From: an uncultured Candidatus Binatia bacterium
Lineage (GTDB): Bacteria; Desulfobacterota; Binatia; UBA9968; JAJDTQ01
Direction of reading: 5' to 3'
Length of the DNA: 64,000 bases
NCBI GenBank assembly: GCA_964291295.2
Contig: OZ219754.1
Span: 2,656,001 to 2,720,000 of the forward strand
The position numbers and the translations under genes were made by a program. Below the pieces are notes generated by a model, which was given only the letters and a program-made list of their open reading frames with translations, did no database searches and had not been told where the DNA came from. Below are positions 42,647 to 58,614 of the stretch, in pieces (the first letter of the stretch is position 1; each line of letters opens with the position of its first letter).

Positions 42647-43909
42647 ATGGCGAGCTATCTACACGTCAAAGTGCCGTCCGAAGGGGCGAAGGTTTCGCTC
42701 TCCGACGGCGGACTGCAGGTTCCCGACAAGCCCATCATTCCGTTCATCGAAGGCGATGGCATCGGGGTGGATATATGGGCGGCCGCGGTGCGGGTGCTGG
42801 ACGGAGCCGTGGCCAAGGCCTACGGCGGCAAGAAGAAGATCGCATGGATGGAGGTCTACGCGGGCGAGAAGGCGGCGGCGGTCTACGGCGACGACTGCCC
42901 GCCGAGCCTGCTGCCGCAGGAGACCGTGGACGTCATCCGCGAGTACCTGGTGGCCATCAAGGGTCCCCTGACCACCCCGGTGGGCGAGGGCTTCCGCAGT
43001 CTCAACGTGACCTTGCGCCAGGTTCTCGACCTGTACGTCTGCCTCCGGCCGGTGCGTTACTTCAAGGGCGTTCCGTCGCCGGTGGTGCGGCCCCATCTGG
43101 TGGACATGGTGATCTTCCGCGAGAATACCGAAGACATCTACGCCGGCATCGAGTGGGAAACGGGCACCGCCGAAGCGGAGAGGATGGTCCGCTTCCTGCG
43201 GGACGAGATGGGAGTCAAGAGCATCCGTTTTCCCGCCACCGCCAGCATCGGCATCAAGCCGATTTCCATCGAGGGTTCGGAGCGGCTGATCCGCGCGGCC
43301 ATCCGCTACGCTCTGGACCACAACCGCCGCAACGTCACGCTGGTACACAAGGGCAACATACAGAAGTACACCGAGGGCGCCTTCATGCGCTGGGGCTACG
43401 CCCTCGCCAAGCGGGAGTTCGGCGACAAGGTCGTTTCCTGGGAGGAATGCGGCGGCAAACCGGCGGACGGCCAGATCCTCATCAAGGACGCCATCACCGA
43501 CGCCTTTCTGCAGCAGATCCTGACGCGCCCCGACGAGTTCGACGTGATCCCGACCATGAACCTCACCGGCGATCTCATCTCGGACGCGCTGGCGGCCCAG
43601 GTGGGCGGCATCGGCATCGCGCCGGGAGGCAACATCAACTACGATACGGGCCACGCGCTGTTCGAGGCCACCCACGGGACCGCGCCCAAGTACGCCGGCC
43701 AGGACAAGGTCAACCCGGGTTCGGTGATCCTTTCCGGCGAGATGATGCTGCGCCACCTCGGCTGGGACGAGGCCGCCGACCTGGTGATTCGGGGGCTTGA
43801 GGAAACCATAGCCCGGAAGACCGTCACCTACGATTTCGAACGCCTCATGACCGGTGCCACGCTGTTGAAGTGCTCGGAGTTCGGTGACGCCATCGTGGCG
43901 AACATGTAA
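42647..43909 (+). CDS. icd: NADP-dependent isocitrate dehydrogenase
   Basis: [35 protein letters not shown]. Confidence 0.97.
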   Translation: MASYLHVKVPSEGAKVSLSDGGLQVPDKPIIPFIEGDGIGVDIWAAAVRVLDGAVAKAYGGKKKIAWMEVYAGEKAAAVYGDDCPPSLLPQETVDVIREYLVAIKGPLTTPVGEGFRSLNVTLRQVLDLYVCLRPVRYFKGVPSPVVRPHLVDMVIFRENTEDIYAGIEWETGTAEAERMVRFLRDEMGVKSIRFPATASIGIKPISIEGSERLIRAAIRYALDHNRRNVTLVHKGNIQKYTEGAFMRWGYALAKREFGDKVVSWEECGGKPADGQILIKDAITDAFLQQILTRPDEFDVIPTMNLTGDLISDALAAQVGGIGIAPGGNINYDTGHALFEATHGTAPKYAGQDKVNPGSVILSGEMMLRHLGWDEAADLVIRGLEETIARKTVTYDFERLMTGATLLKCSEFGDAIVANM

Positions 43910-43917
43910 GGCGCATC

Positions 43918-44868
43918 ATGGCTGTTTCGAGACGCAGGATCGCATTGATCGGAGGCGGCAACATCGGCGGCACCATGGCGCACCTGTGCGCCCTGAAGAA
44001 GCTGGGGGACGTGATCCTCTTCGATGTGGTCGACGGATTGCCGCAGGGCAAGGCCCTGGACCTGCTCCAGTCCGCGCCCGTCGAGGGCTTCGACGCCGAC
44101 ATCGTCGGCACCACCCGCTACCAGGACATCGCCGGTGCCGACGTCTGCATCGTCACCGCCGGCATCGCGCGCAAGCCGGGCATGAGCCGCGATGATCTTC
44201 TGGGCACCAACGCCAGGATCATGACCCAGGTGTCGGAAAACATCAGAGAGTACGCACCCGACGCCTTCGTCATCGTCATCACCAACCCGCTGGACGCCAT
44301 GGTGACGCTGTGCCAGCGGGTCACCGGCTTTCCCAGGCACCAGGTGGTGGGACAGTCGGGGATCCTGGACTCTTCGCGCTATCGCACCTTCATCGCCCGG
44401 GAGCTGAACCGGTCGGTGGAGAGCGTCACGGCCATGGTGCTGGGCGGCCACGGCGACGACATGGTGCCGGTGCGGAGCACCTGCCAGGTGGCGGGCGTGC
44501 CGGTGGACCGTCTCATCTCATCCGGGCGGCTGGACGAGATCGAGCAGCGCGTGCGCATGGCCGGCGGCGAGATCGTCTCGCTGCTGAAGACCGGCTCGGC
44601 GTTCTACGCCCCGGCCTCGGCCGCGGTGCGCATGGCCGAAGCCTACCTGCTGGACAAGAAGGAAATTCTGCCTTGCGCGGCCCTGCTCGAAGGCGAATAC
44701 GGCGTCCAGGGATACTACTTCTGCGTGCCGGTGCTGCTGGGTGCCGGCGGCGTGGAGAAGGTCATCGAGATCGATCTGGCCGCCGGAGAAAAGGCCCGGT
44801 TCGACGAATCCCTTTCCCACGTCCGGGAGAGCGTGACGGCCATGGACCGGGTGCTGGGGGAAGCGTAG
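43918..44868 (+). CDS. mdh: Malate dehydrogenase (LDH-like)
   Basis: [29 protein letters not shown]. Confidence 0.97.
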   Translation: MAVSRRRIALIGGGNIGGTMAHLCALKKLGDVILFDVVDGLPQGKALDLLQSAPVEGFDADIVGTTRYQDIAGADVCIVTAGIARKPGMSRDDLLGTNARIMTQVSENIREYAPDAFVIVITNPLDAMVTLCQRVTGFPRHQVVGQSGILDSSRYRTFIARELNRSVESVTAMVLGGHGDDMVPVRSTCQVAGVPVDRLISSGRLDEIEQRVRMAGGEIVSLLKTGSAFYAPASAAVRMAEAYLLDKKEILPCAALLEGEYGVQGYYFCVPVLLGAGGVEKVIEIDLAAGEKARFDESLSHVRESVTAMDRVLGEA

Positions 44869-44943
44869 GCGGCACGCCGGTGCCTCCCGTGCCTGCGAAC
44901 CCCGCCCGGTAAGCGTCGGACGACCGTCCACGAATGACGTCGA

Positions 44944-46119
44944 ATGAATATCCACGAATATCAGGCAAAGCAGTGGCTGGCGGGCTTCGGCGTGCCCGTC
45001 CCCGGCGGACAGGTAGCGGCCACAGCCGGCGAGGCGCGGGCCGCGGCGCAGGCCATCGGGTTTCCCTGTGTCGTCAAGGCCCAGATCCACGCGGGCGGCC
45101 GGGGCAAGGCCGGCGGCGTCAGGGTCGTGCAGACGGCCGGGGAGGCGGAGGCCTTTGCGGAGGGATTGCTGGGAAAACCGCTGGTGACACACCAGACCGG
45201 TCCGGAAGGGAGGGTGGTCCGGCGCGTATGGATCGAAGAGGCATCCCGGATCGCCCGGGAGCTCTATTGCAGCCTGGTCATGGATCCAGCGGCTGGAAAA
45301 CCGGCCATCATCACCTGCCGCGAGGGGGGGATGGAGATCGAGGAGGTGGCGAAGAAGACCCCGGACGCGGTCATCGTCGAGCTGGTGGATCCGCTGATAG
45401 GGGTGGCGTCTTTCCAGATCCGCCGGGTGGGGACCCGGCTGGGACTTTCGGGCAAGGAGATCGGCGCCTTCGGGGCTCTCCTCAAGGCCCTGTACCGTGT
45501 TTTCCTGAAATCTGACTGCATGCAACTGGAAGTGAATCCGCTGGCGCAACTTGATGACGGCCGTTTTTTCGTGCTGGATGCCAAGATGAACTTCGACGGC
45601 AATGCGCTGTTTCGCCAGCGGCGGGTGGCCGAGTTCCGGGACGTTCACGAGGAGGATCCCAAGGAGGTCGAGGCCGCGAATCTGGGAATCTCCTACGTCG
45701 CCCTGGACGGCGACATCGGCTGCATGGTCAACGGCGCGGGCTTGGCCATGGGTACCATGGACATCATTCGACAGTACGGCGGCCGGCCCGCAAACTTTCT
45801 CGACGTGGGCGGCGGTGCCAGCAGGGAGATGGTGGGGAAGGCCTTCCACCTGCTGCTCTCGGACCACAAGGTGCGCGGCGTGCTGGTGAACATCTTCGGC
45901 GGCATCATGCGCTGTGACGTCATCGCCGCCGGCATCATCGACGCCGCCAGGGAGACGGGCGTCGCCGTGCCGCTGGTGGTACGGCTTCAGGGCACCAATG
46001 TGGAGCAGGGGAGGAAACTCCTGTCGGAGTCCGGCCTGCGCATCGTCGCCGCCGACACCATCGCGGACGCGGCGGAGAAGGTCGTGCGGGCGGTGCGGTC
46101 GGAAGAGGGACGGGCATGA
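44944..46119 (+). CDS. sucC: Succinyl-CoA synthetase beta subunit
   Basis: [31 protein letters not shown]. Confidence 0.98.
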   Translation: MNIHEYQAKQWLAGFGVPVPGGQVAATAGEARAAAQAIGFPCVVKAQIHAGGRGKAGGVRVVQTAGEAEAFAEGLLGKPLVTHQTGPEGRVVRRVWIEEASRIARELYCSLVMDPAAGKPAIITCREGGMEIEEVAKKTPDAVIVELVDPLIGVASFQIRRVGTRLGLSGKEIGAFGALLKALYRVFLKSDCMQLEVNPLAQLDDGRFFVLDAKMNFDGNALFRQRRVAEFRDVHEEDPKEVEAANLGISYVALDGDIGCMVNGAGLAMGTMDIIRQYGGRPANFLDVGGGASREMVGKAFHLLLSDHKVRGVLVNIFGGIMRCDVIAAGIIDAARETGVAVPLVVRLQGTNVEQGRKLLSESGLRIVAADTIADAAEKVVRAVRSEEGRA

Positions 46120-46985
46120 GCATCCTGGTGGATTCCGAGACCCGGGTGCTGACCCAGGGCATCACCGGCGCCACGGGCCAGTTCCATACCCGGACTTGCA
46201 AGGAGTACGGCACCCGGATGGTAGCCGGCGTCACCCCCGGAAAGGGCGGCACTGCCTTCGAGAACATTCCGGTGTTCGACAGCGTGGCGGAGGCGGTGCG
46301 GGAGACCGCGCCCGACGCCAGCGTCATCTACGTGCCGCCTCCCTTTGCGGCCGACGCCATGGAGGAATCCGCCGACGCGGAAATCCCCTTGGTCATCTGT
46401 ATCACCGAAGGGGTGCCGGTCCAGGACATGATGAGGGTGAAACGCTATCTGGATGAGCGCGGCACGGTGCTGCTGGGGCCGAACTGCCCCGGCGTGATCA
46501 CCCCCGGAGAGTGCAAGATCGGCATCATGCCCGGACACATCCACAAGCGCGGCGGCATCGGCGTGGTGTCCCGCAGCGGAACGTTGACCTACGAGGCGGT
46601 GGATCAGCTCACGCGGCTGGGCATGGGACAGTCCACCTGCGTCGGCATTGGCGGCGACCCGATCCGCGGCCTTGACTTCATCGACGTGCTCCAGCGCTTC
46701 AACGACGACGACGAGACCGAGGCGGTGGTGCTGATCGGCGAGATCGGCGGCAGCGCCGAGCAGGATGCCGCGGCCTGGATCTCGGCGCACATGAAAAAGC
46801 CGGTGGCGGGTTTCATCGTGGGCCAGACCGCCCCTCCGGGCAAGCGCATGGGCCATGCCGGCGCCATCATATCCGGAGGCAGGGGGACCGCGGCGGAAAA
46901 GGTCGAGGCGCTGCGGGCGGCGGGGGTTCGGATGGCGCCTTCCCCTGCGGACATCGGACAGACCATGAAAGAGATGTCAGGATAA
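46116..46985 (+). CDS. sucD: Succinyl-CoA synthetase alpha subunit
   Basis: [27 protein letters not shown]. Confidence 0.98.
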   Translation: MSILVDSETRVLTQGITGATGQFHTRTCKEYGTRMVAGVTPGKGGTAFENIPVFDSVAEAVRETAPDASVIYVPPPFAADAMEESADAEIPLVICITEGVPVQDMMRVKRYLDERGTVLLGPNCPGVITPGECKIGIMPGHIHKRGGIGVVSRSGTLTYEAVDQLTRLGMGQSTCVGIGGDPIRGLDFIDVLQRFNDDDETEAVVLIGEIGGSAEQDAAAWISAHMKKPVAGFIVGQTAPPGKRMGHAGAIISGGRGTAAEKVEALRAAGVRMAPSPADIGQTMKEMSG

Positions 46986-46990
46986 CCGGT

Positions 46991-47416
46991 ATGGAGCGAA
47001 CACTGTCGATCATCAAGCCGGAAGCCGTCGGCCGGGGCCTGATCGGGGACATTGTCAGCCGCTTCGAGCGCGCGGGGCTCAAGGTGGTGGCGGCAAAGTT
47101 GACCCGGTTGGACAAGCGGCGCGCGGAGTCCTTCTACGACGTGCACCGGGAGCGGCCGTTCTATGACAGCCTGACCGCCTACATGTGCACCGGCCCCATC
47201 TTCATATCGGTCCTCGAGGGCGACGGCGCCATCACCCGGAACCGCGAGATCATGGGCGCGACGGACCCGGCAAACGCGGCCGCGGGAACCATTCGAAAGG
47301 ACTGGGGCACCAACGTGGAGGCCAATGCGGTGCACGGATCCGACAGCCCGGAAACCGCCGCGGCCGAGATTGCGTTCTTCTTCACTCCCGACGAGATCCA
47401 GTCGCCCGGGTCGTAG
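46991..47416 (+). CDS. ndk: Nucleoside diphosphate kinase
   Basis: [17 protein letters not shown]. Confidence 0.98.
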   Translation: MERTLSIIKPEAVGRGLIGDIVSRFERAGLKVVAAKLTRLDKRRAESFYDVHRERPFYDSLTAYMCTGPIFISVLEGDGAITRNREIMGATDPANAAAGTIRKDWGTNVEANAVHGSDSPETAAAEIAFFFTPDEIQSPGS

Positions 47417-47441
47417 GATCCGTGCCGCTGAAGGCCGGCAA

Positions 47442-48560
47442 GTGTCATTTTCCGGCGGCGATTCACCCGATGCCCGGCGGCCGGTGGAGGGTCTGAGCCA
47501 CGGCGAGCTTGGCGCGTGGCTGCATGCCCGCGGCGCGCCCGCCTATCGGACCGGCCAGATTCGACGATGGCTGTACCGCAGGTGCGCGGCCTCGTTCGAG
47601 GAGATGACCGATCTTCCCGGGGAACTTCGGCAGGCGTTGTCCCGGGATTTCGTCGTCGGCAGCCTGGTGGCCCGGCAGCGGCAGCGGTCCGCAGACGGTT
47701 CGGTCAAGTATCTTTTTCGTCTGCGCGACGGGGCCGTCGTGGAGACGGTCCGCATACCGGAGCCGGACCGGGTCACGCTGTGCGTATCGACGCAGGCGGG
47801 GTGCGGCTTGGGTTGCGTTTTCTGCGCCACCGGCCGCATGGGACTGAAGCGCAATCTCACCCGGGCCGAAATCGTGGGCCAAGTCCTGGAAGTGCAGCGC
47901 GGCTGCCCGGAGGGAGCATGCATCTCCAATCTGGTCTTCATGGGCATGGGCGAGCCGCTGGCCAACTACGAGGCCACCTGCGGGGCGCTGGACGCCATCA
48001 CGGACGCCGGCAGCGGCATGGGCATTTCGCCCCGCCGGATCACCGTTTCCACCGCCGGCCTGGTGCCGCAGATGCGCCGGCTCATGGCGGAGACCCGGGT
48101 GAATCTGGCCGTCTCGCTCCATTCGGTGCGGGATGAGGTGCGCTCGACGCTGATGCCCATCAATCGGAAGTACCCCGTCTCGGAATTGCTGGAATGCTGC
48201 CGTTCCCTGCCCGTGCCCCGGCGCAAGCGCATCACCTTCGAGTATCTGCTGATGGACGGCGTGAACGATGGCGCCGCGGACGCGGCGGAACTGGCGGAGC
48301 GGATTCGCGGCATCCGTTGCAAGGTGAACCTGATACCGTTCAATCCTCATGACGGAAGCCGGTACCGCCGGCCGCCGGACCGTGTCGTCCAGCGGTTCGC
48401 GGAGACTCTGCGCGCGCAGCGGGTCCAGGCCCACGTGCGCCGGCCCCGGGGCGAAGACATCCAGGCGGCCTGCGGGCAGTTGTACCATTCCGCAGGTTCC
48501 GGGGTCGCCCCCGCAGCCAGACCGGACCCGCCGGCCCCCCGGCTCGCGGAAGCCCCGTAG
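47442..48560 (+). CDS. rlmN: 23S rRNA (A2503-C2) methyltransferase RlmN
   Basis: CGLGCVFC, MGMGEP, NLIPFN, AACGQL; start approximate. Confidence 0.95.
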   Translation: MSFSGGDSPDARRPVEGLSHGELGAWLHARGAPAYRTGQIRRWLYRRCAASFEEMTDLPGELRQALSRDFVVGSLVARQRQRSADGSVKYLFRLRDGAVVETVRIPEPDRVTLCVSTQAGCGLGCVFCATGRMGLKRNLTRAEIVGQVLEVQRGCPEGACISNLVFMGMGEPLANYEATCGALDAITDAGSGMGISPRRITVSTAGLVPQMRRLMAETRVNLAVSLHSVRDEVRSTLMPINRKYPVSELLECCRSLPVPRRKRITFEYLLMDGVNDGAADAAELAERIRGIRCKVNLIPFNPHDGSRYRRPPDRVVQRFAETLRAQRVQAHVRRPRGEDIQAACGQLYHSAGSGVAPAARPDPPAPRLAEAP

Positions 48561-48580
48561 TGAGGCAAGGACGGACGAAG

Positions 48581-49444
48581 ATGGAACAGCAAACGATTCT
48601 GGGCGTCATCGGTGGTACCGGTCTCTACGAAATGGAAGGATTGAGCGGGGTGCGCGAGGTGGAAGTGGAAACGCCCTTCGGCAAACCCTCCGGTGCCTTC
48701 GTGGTCGGTTCGCTGGGCGATGTCGCCCTGGTCTTTCTGCCGCGTCACGGCAAGGGCCATCGGCTCCTGCCCACCGAGGTCAACAACCGCGCCAACATCT
48801 TCGGCATGAAGAAGCTGGGGGTCGGACGGATCCTGTCGGTGAGTGCGGTGGGCAGCCTCAGGGAGGAGATCGAGCCCGGCCACATGGTGCTGCCGGACCA
48901 GTTCATCGACCGCACCAGCCGGCGCCCCGGCACTTTCTTCGGTGACGGCATCGTCGCCCACGTGCAGTTCGCGGACCCCTTCTGCAACCACCTGAGGGCG
49001 GCAGTGGCGGACGTCGCGTCCGGGCAGGCCATCAAGGTGCACGGTCGCGGCACCTACGTGTGCATGGAGGGACCGCAGTTCTCCACCCGCGCGGAGTCCG
49101 CGCTTCATCGGAGCTGGGGTGCGGACGTCATCGGCATGACCAACCTCCAGGAAGCCAGGCTGGCCCGGGAGGCGGAGATCTGCTTCGCCACCATGGCCAT
49201 GGCCACGGACTACGACTGCTGGAACGAAGCCGCTGGCGACGTGGACATCGAGGAAGTCGTGGCAGTGCTGCGGCAGAACGCCGACGTGGCCAGACGGATC
49301 ATTCGCGGTACCGCCGAGCGCCTGTCACCGGAGCGCGCCTGTCCGTGCGCCACGGCGCTGGCAACGGCCATCGTCACGGACCGCTCGCTGATCCCGGAGG
49401 CCGCCCGGGAGCGGCTGGGGCCGCTGGTGGACAAGTATCTCTGA
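48581..49444 (+). CDS. mtnP: S-methyl-5'-thioadenosine phosphorylase
   Basis: IGGTG, RHG, EGPQFSTRAES, TDYDCW. Confidence 0.95.
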   Translation: MEQQTILGVIGGTGLYEMEGLSGVREVEVETPFGKPSGAFVVGSLGDVALVFLPRHGKGHRLLPTEVNNRANIFGMKKLGVGRILSVSAVGSLREEIEPGHMVLPDQFIDRTSRRPGTFFGDGIVAHVQFADPFCNHLRAAVADVASGQAIKVHGRGTYVCMEGPQFSTRAESALHRSWGADVIGMTNLQEARLAREAEICFATMAMATDYDCWNEAAGDVDIEEVVAVLRQNADVARRIIRGTAERLSPERACPCATALATAIVTDRSLIPEAARERLGPLVDKYL

Positions 49445-49480
49445 CCCGTTTCCGGCGCTCGGACCGGACTTTGGAGGATC

Positions 49481-50392
49481 GTGGCGATGACTGTTCTGGT
49501 GGTGGGTTCGATGGCCTTCGACTCCATCGAGACGCCCCACGGCCGTGCCGAACGGGTTCTGGGCGGATCGGCGGCATACTTCGCCTTGGCTGCCGCGTTC
49601 TTCGCGCCGGTTCGCATCGCCGGCGTCGTGGGTCGGGACTTTCCCCCGGACCACCTGACCGCGCTGTCACGCAGCGGCGTGGACCTGGAAGGATTGCAAC
49701 GCGCCGAAGGCAAGACGTTCTTCTGGCATGGCCGCTACCACGAGGACCTGAACGTGCGCGACACCCTGGAGGTCCAACTCAACGTGTTGCAGGACTTTGT
49801 CCCGCGCCTGCCCGCCGGCTACGAGGACACGGAGTACGCCTTTCTCGGCAACATGGCTCCGGCGGCCCAACTGGACGTCCTGGCGCGGCTGAAGCGGCCG
49901 CGTCTGGTGGCCTGCGACACCATGGACCACTGGATCCGGGAAAACCCGGCGGAGTTGAGGAAGGTGCTGGAGCGGGTCGAGAGCGTGGTCATCAACGACT
50001 CGGAAGCGCGCATGCTGAGCGGCCATCACAATATCGTTCGCGCCGCCCGGGCCATTCTCAAGATGGGGCCGCGGGTGGTGCTCATCAAGCGCGGCGAATA
50101 CGGCGTGTTCCAGTTCTCGGACGAATCGAGCTTTGTCGTTCCGGCCTATCCGCTGGAGGAGGTGCGGGATCCCACCGGCGCCGGCGACTCCTTTGCCGGG
50201 GCGTTCATGGGGCGCCTGGCCGCCGGCGAGGCCGCGGACGAGCGGGCGCTGCGGCGCGCCATCGTGTACGGCAATGTCACCGCCTCCTTCACGGTGGAGG
50301 ACTTCGGGCCACGGCGCCTGATTGCGCTGGAACGGGGAGAGATCGAGGAGCGTTACCGGCGCTTCGTGGAGTTGACCCGATTCCAGGACTGA
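49481..50392 (+). CDS. PfkB-family carbohydrate/nucleoside kinase
   Basis: GGSAAY, DPTGAGDSFAG. Confidence 0.92.
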   Translation: MAMTVLVVGSMAFDSIETPHGRAERVLGGSAAYFALAAAFFAPVRIAGVVGRDFPPDHLTALSRSGVDLEGLQRAEGKTFFWHGRYHEDLNVRDTLEVQLNVLQDFVPRLPAGYEDTEYAFLGNMAPAAQLDVLARLKRPRLVACDTMDHWIRENPAELRKVLERVESVVINDSEARMLSGHHNIVRAARAILKMGPRVVLIKRGEYGVFQFSDESSFVVPAYPLEEVRDPTGAGDSFAGAFMGRLAAGEAADERALRRAIVYGNVTASFTVEDFGPRRLIALERGEIEERYRRFVELTRFQD

Positions 50393-50417
50393 CCTCCCGT
50401 ACGACGAAGCTGAGACG

Positions 50418-51714
50418 ATGAACATCGCCATGGTCGGTACCGGTTACGTGGGGCTGGTGACCGGGAGTTGCTTTGCGGAGACCGGCAACGAGGTCGTCTG
50501 CGTGGATGTCGACGAGGCGAAGGTCGGACAACTCCGGCAGGGCCGCGTTCCGTTCCACGAGCGCAGGCTCGAGGAGTTGATCCAGCGCAACACCCGGGAG
50601 GGCAGGCTGTCCTTCTCCACCGACCTCGCCGCCGCGGTTCGGGGTGCGGAAACCATCTTCATCGCGGTGGGCACGCCCCAGGCGTCGGCCGGCGGGGCCG
50701 ATCTGAGCCAGGTCTACAGGGTGGCCGAAGAGATCGCCCGGAGCATGAACGGCGCCAAGATCGTGGTGACCAAGAGTACGGTTCCCGTAGGCACCGCAGC
50801 ACGGGTCCGGGAGATCATACAGGCCGGCACCGAACATCCGGTGGCGGTGGTGTCGAATCCCGAGTTCCTGAAGGAGGGGACAGCGGTAGAGGACTTCATG
50901 AAACCCGACCGGGTGGTGCTGGGGGGCGAGGAGGCGAGTTCGCTGGAACGCCTCAAGAGCCTGTACGCGCCTTTCGTGCGCCGGGGCAATCCCATCATTT
51001 TCACGGACTCCCGCAGCGCCGAGATGAGCAAGTACGCCGCCAACGCCATGCTCGCCACCCGGATTTCCTTCATCAACGAGACCGCGCGGCTGTGCGAGAA
51101 GGAGGGGGCGGACGTCGAGCAGGTACGGCGCATCATGGGCCTCGACCACCGCATCGGACCCCATTTCATCTTTCCCGGAGTCGGGTTCGGCGGTTCCTGC
51201 CTGCCCAAGGATATCCGGGCCATGATCGCCATGGGCGGGGCGGAACTCGCGATGCCCCTGCTCCAGGCCGTGGACCGGGTCAACGAGACGCAGAAACGCC
51301 TGCTGCTGGAAAGGGTCGCAGGGCATTTCGGCGACCGGTTGGCGGATTGCACTCTGGCAGTGTGGGGCATGGCCTTCAAGGCGGGCACCGACGACATGCG
51401 TGAAGCCCCGGCCATCCCGCTCATCGACGGATTGCTGGAGGCGGGCGCCCGCCTGCGCGTCTTCGATCCCGAGGCCATGAAGGAGGCGCGAAAGCGCTAT
51501 GGAGACCGGATCGAATATGGCTCCAGCAACTACGAGGTCGCCATGGGCGCCGACGCGCTGCTGATCCTGACGGAATGGAACGAGTTTCGCAGCCCCGATC
51601 TCCCGCGCCTGAAGGAGCTGCTGCGGCAACCGATCCTCTTCGACGGGCGCAACCTCTACGATCCGGCGGTGATGCGGCGGTACGGCTTCATCCATTATTC
51701 CATGGGGCGGGGTC

Positions 51715-51722
<8 letters not shown>
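50418..51722 (+). CDS. ugd: UDP-glucose/GDP-mannose dehydrogenase
   Basis: [25 protein letters not shown]. Confidence 0.93.
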
Positions 51723-53508
<1,786 letters not shown>

Positions 53509-53542
53509 TTTCAAAGTCGCCGGTTGAAGTGCTAAGTTCAGG

Positions 53543-53560
53543 GGCGGGTTCGAACCCGCC
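53543..53560. repeat. Perfect 18-bp palindrome (REP-like) in the lepB leader
   Basis: GGCGGGTTCGAACCCGCC, just downstream of TTCAAA-17-TAAGTT at 53510-53538. Confidence 0.55.
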
Positions 53561-53594
53561 GGCGTCACAACATCAGGTCAAGGAACCCCCGCAC

Positions 53595-54257
53595 GTGGCC
53601 AGATTCGGGAAGTCCGGAAAGTCCGTCTTTCGCGAGTATGCGGAAGCCATCGTCGTCGCACTCGTGGCCGCGCTGTTCCTGCGCGCCTTCGTGGTGCAGG
53701 CGTTCAAGATCCCGTCAGGGTCCATGATCCCCACGCTGGCCATAGGCGATCACATCCTGGTCAACAAGCTGTCCTACGGCGTGCGGCTTCCGGACGTCAA
53801 CTGGGTGCCGTTTGCCGGCTGTATCGATCTGTCCCGGGGCTCCCACGTGATGGAATGGGACACGCCGGAGCGCGGCGACGTGATCGTGTTCGTCTATCCC
53901 CGAGACCGTTGCAAGGACTTCATCAAGCGGGTGGTGGCGGTGCCGGGCGACGAGGTGCGCATCCGGGACAAGGATCTCTATATCAACGGCAAGAAGGTGG
54001 AGGACGCCCACGCCCATTTCGAGGAGCAGGGAACGACTTTGGGGGTGGGGCACGTCCGGGACAATCTCGGCCCTGTGACGGTGCCGGAGGGGCACGTGTT
54101 CGTCATGGGCGACAACCGGGACCGCAGTTTCGACAGCCGCTTCTGGGGCTTCGTGCCCATCAACGATGTCCGCGGCCGCGCCTTTGTCAAGTACTGGTCC
54201 TGGGACTCGGAAAACAACCGGTTGCGCTGGTGGCGCATCGGCGGTCTTATCCATTGA
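53595..54257 (+). CDS. lepB: Signal peptidase I
   Basis: [31 protein letters not shown]. Confidence 0.96.
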   Translation: MARFGKSGKSVFREYAEAIVVALVAALFLRAFVVQAFKIPSGSMIPTLAIGDHILVNKLSYGVRLPDVNWVPFAGCIDLSRGSHVMEWDTPERGDVIVFVYPRDRCKDFIKRVVAVPGDEVRIRDKDLYINGKKVEDAHAHFEEQGTTLGVGHVRDNLGPVTVPEGHVFVMGDNRDRSFDSRFWGFVPINDVRGRAFVKYWSWDSENNRLRWWRIGGLIH

Positions 54258-54282
54258 GCAGGCCGGCGGGCCGTTCCATCTC

Positions 54283-55401
54283 ATGAAAGCCATCCTTACC
54301 CTGGCGGACGGAACCTCGTTTGCCGGTCGATCCTTCGGCAGCGAGGGAGAGGCCGAGGGAGAGGTCGTCTTCAACACCAGCATGACCGGATACCAGGAGA
54401 TCCTCACCGATCCGTCCTACGAGGGCCAGCTCGTCACCATGACCTGTCCCGAGATCGGCAACGTCGGCGTCAACCCGGAGGACGATGAGGCACGGCGTCC
54501 GTACGTCAAGGGCTTCATCGTCAAGGAGTATTGCCCGCTGCCCAGCAGTTGGCGCGCCACCCGGGCACTGCACGACTACATGCGGGAACACGGCATCGTG
54601 GGCCTGGAGGGTGTAGACACGCGTTCCCTGGTAACTCACATCCGCGAGCGCGGCGCCCAGCAAGGGATCATCTCCACGGTGGGCCCGGACGAGTCGGAAC
54701 GGGTCGAACGGGCGCGACGGCTCGAAGGACTCGAAGGCAGGGATCTCGTGAAAAACGTCACCTGCCGCGCGCCCTACCACTGGCACCAGGGAAGCTGGCG
54801 CGCGGGAGGCGGCTTCGGTGCGGGCGGGGAGGCGGCGTTTCACGTCGTGGCCTACGATTACGGCATGAAGTTCAACATCCTTCGAGGTCTGGTGGAAGCC
54901 GGTTGCAAGGTCACGGTGGTGCCGGCATGGACCCCGGCCGCCGACGTGCTGGCGCTCAAGCCGGACGGGGTCTTCCTCTCCAACGGTCCGGGCGACCCCG
55001 CGGCGGTTCCCTACGCCAAGGACAACGTGCGGCGGCTCATCGGCCGGTGCCCGATCTTCGGCATCTGCCTGGGACATCAGATCCTGGGGCTGGCCATGGG
55101 CGGGCGCACTTTCAAGCTCAAGTTCGGCCATCACGGCGGCAACCATCCGGTCATGGACCTCACCACCGAAAAGGTGGAGATCACCACCCAGAACCACGGC
55201 TTCGCGGTGGACGCGGATTCTCTCGGCGGCGCGATGGAGGTGACCCACGTGAATCTCAACGACCGCACCGTTGAGGGGATCCGGCACCGCGAACTGCCGA
55301 TCTTCTCGGTCCAGTATCATCCCGAGGCGGCCCCCGGCCCCCACGACGCATGGTACCTTTTCTCCCGTTTCCGCGGCCTGATGGCCGACCCGGGGACCTG
55401 A
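54283..55401 (+). CDS. carA: Carbamoyl-phosphate synthase small subunit
   Basis: [22 protein letters not shown]. Confidence 0.97.
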   Translation: MKAILTLADGTSFAGRSFGSEGEAEGEVVFNTSMTGYQEILTDPSYEGQLVTMTCPEIGNVGVNPEDDEARRPYVKGFIVKEYCPLPSSWRATRALHDYMREHGIVGLEGVDTRSLVTHIRERGAQQGIISTVGPDESERVERARRLEGLEGRDLVKNVTCRAPYHWHQGSWRAGGGFGAGGEAAFHVVAYDYGMKFNILRGLVEAGCKVTVVPAWTPAADVLALKPDGVFLSNGPGDPAAVPYAKDNVRRLIGRCPIFGICLGHQILGLAMGGRTFKLKFGHHGGNHPVMDLTTEKVEITTQNHGFAVDADSLGGAMEVTHVNLNDRTVEGIRHRELPIFSVQYHPEAAPGPHDAWYLFSRFRGLMADPGT

Positions 55402-55402
55402 G

Positions 55403-58612
<3,210 letters not shown>

Positions 58613-58614
58613 GA

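Noticed and set aside
53543-53560. Possible tRNA gene
   Set aside because: Only a T-loop-like hairpin; no acceptor, D or anticodon arms
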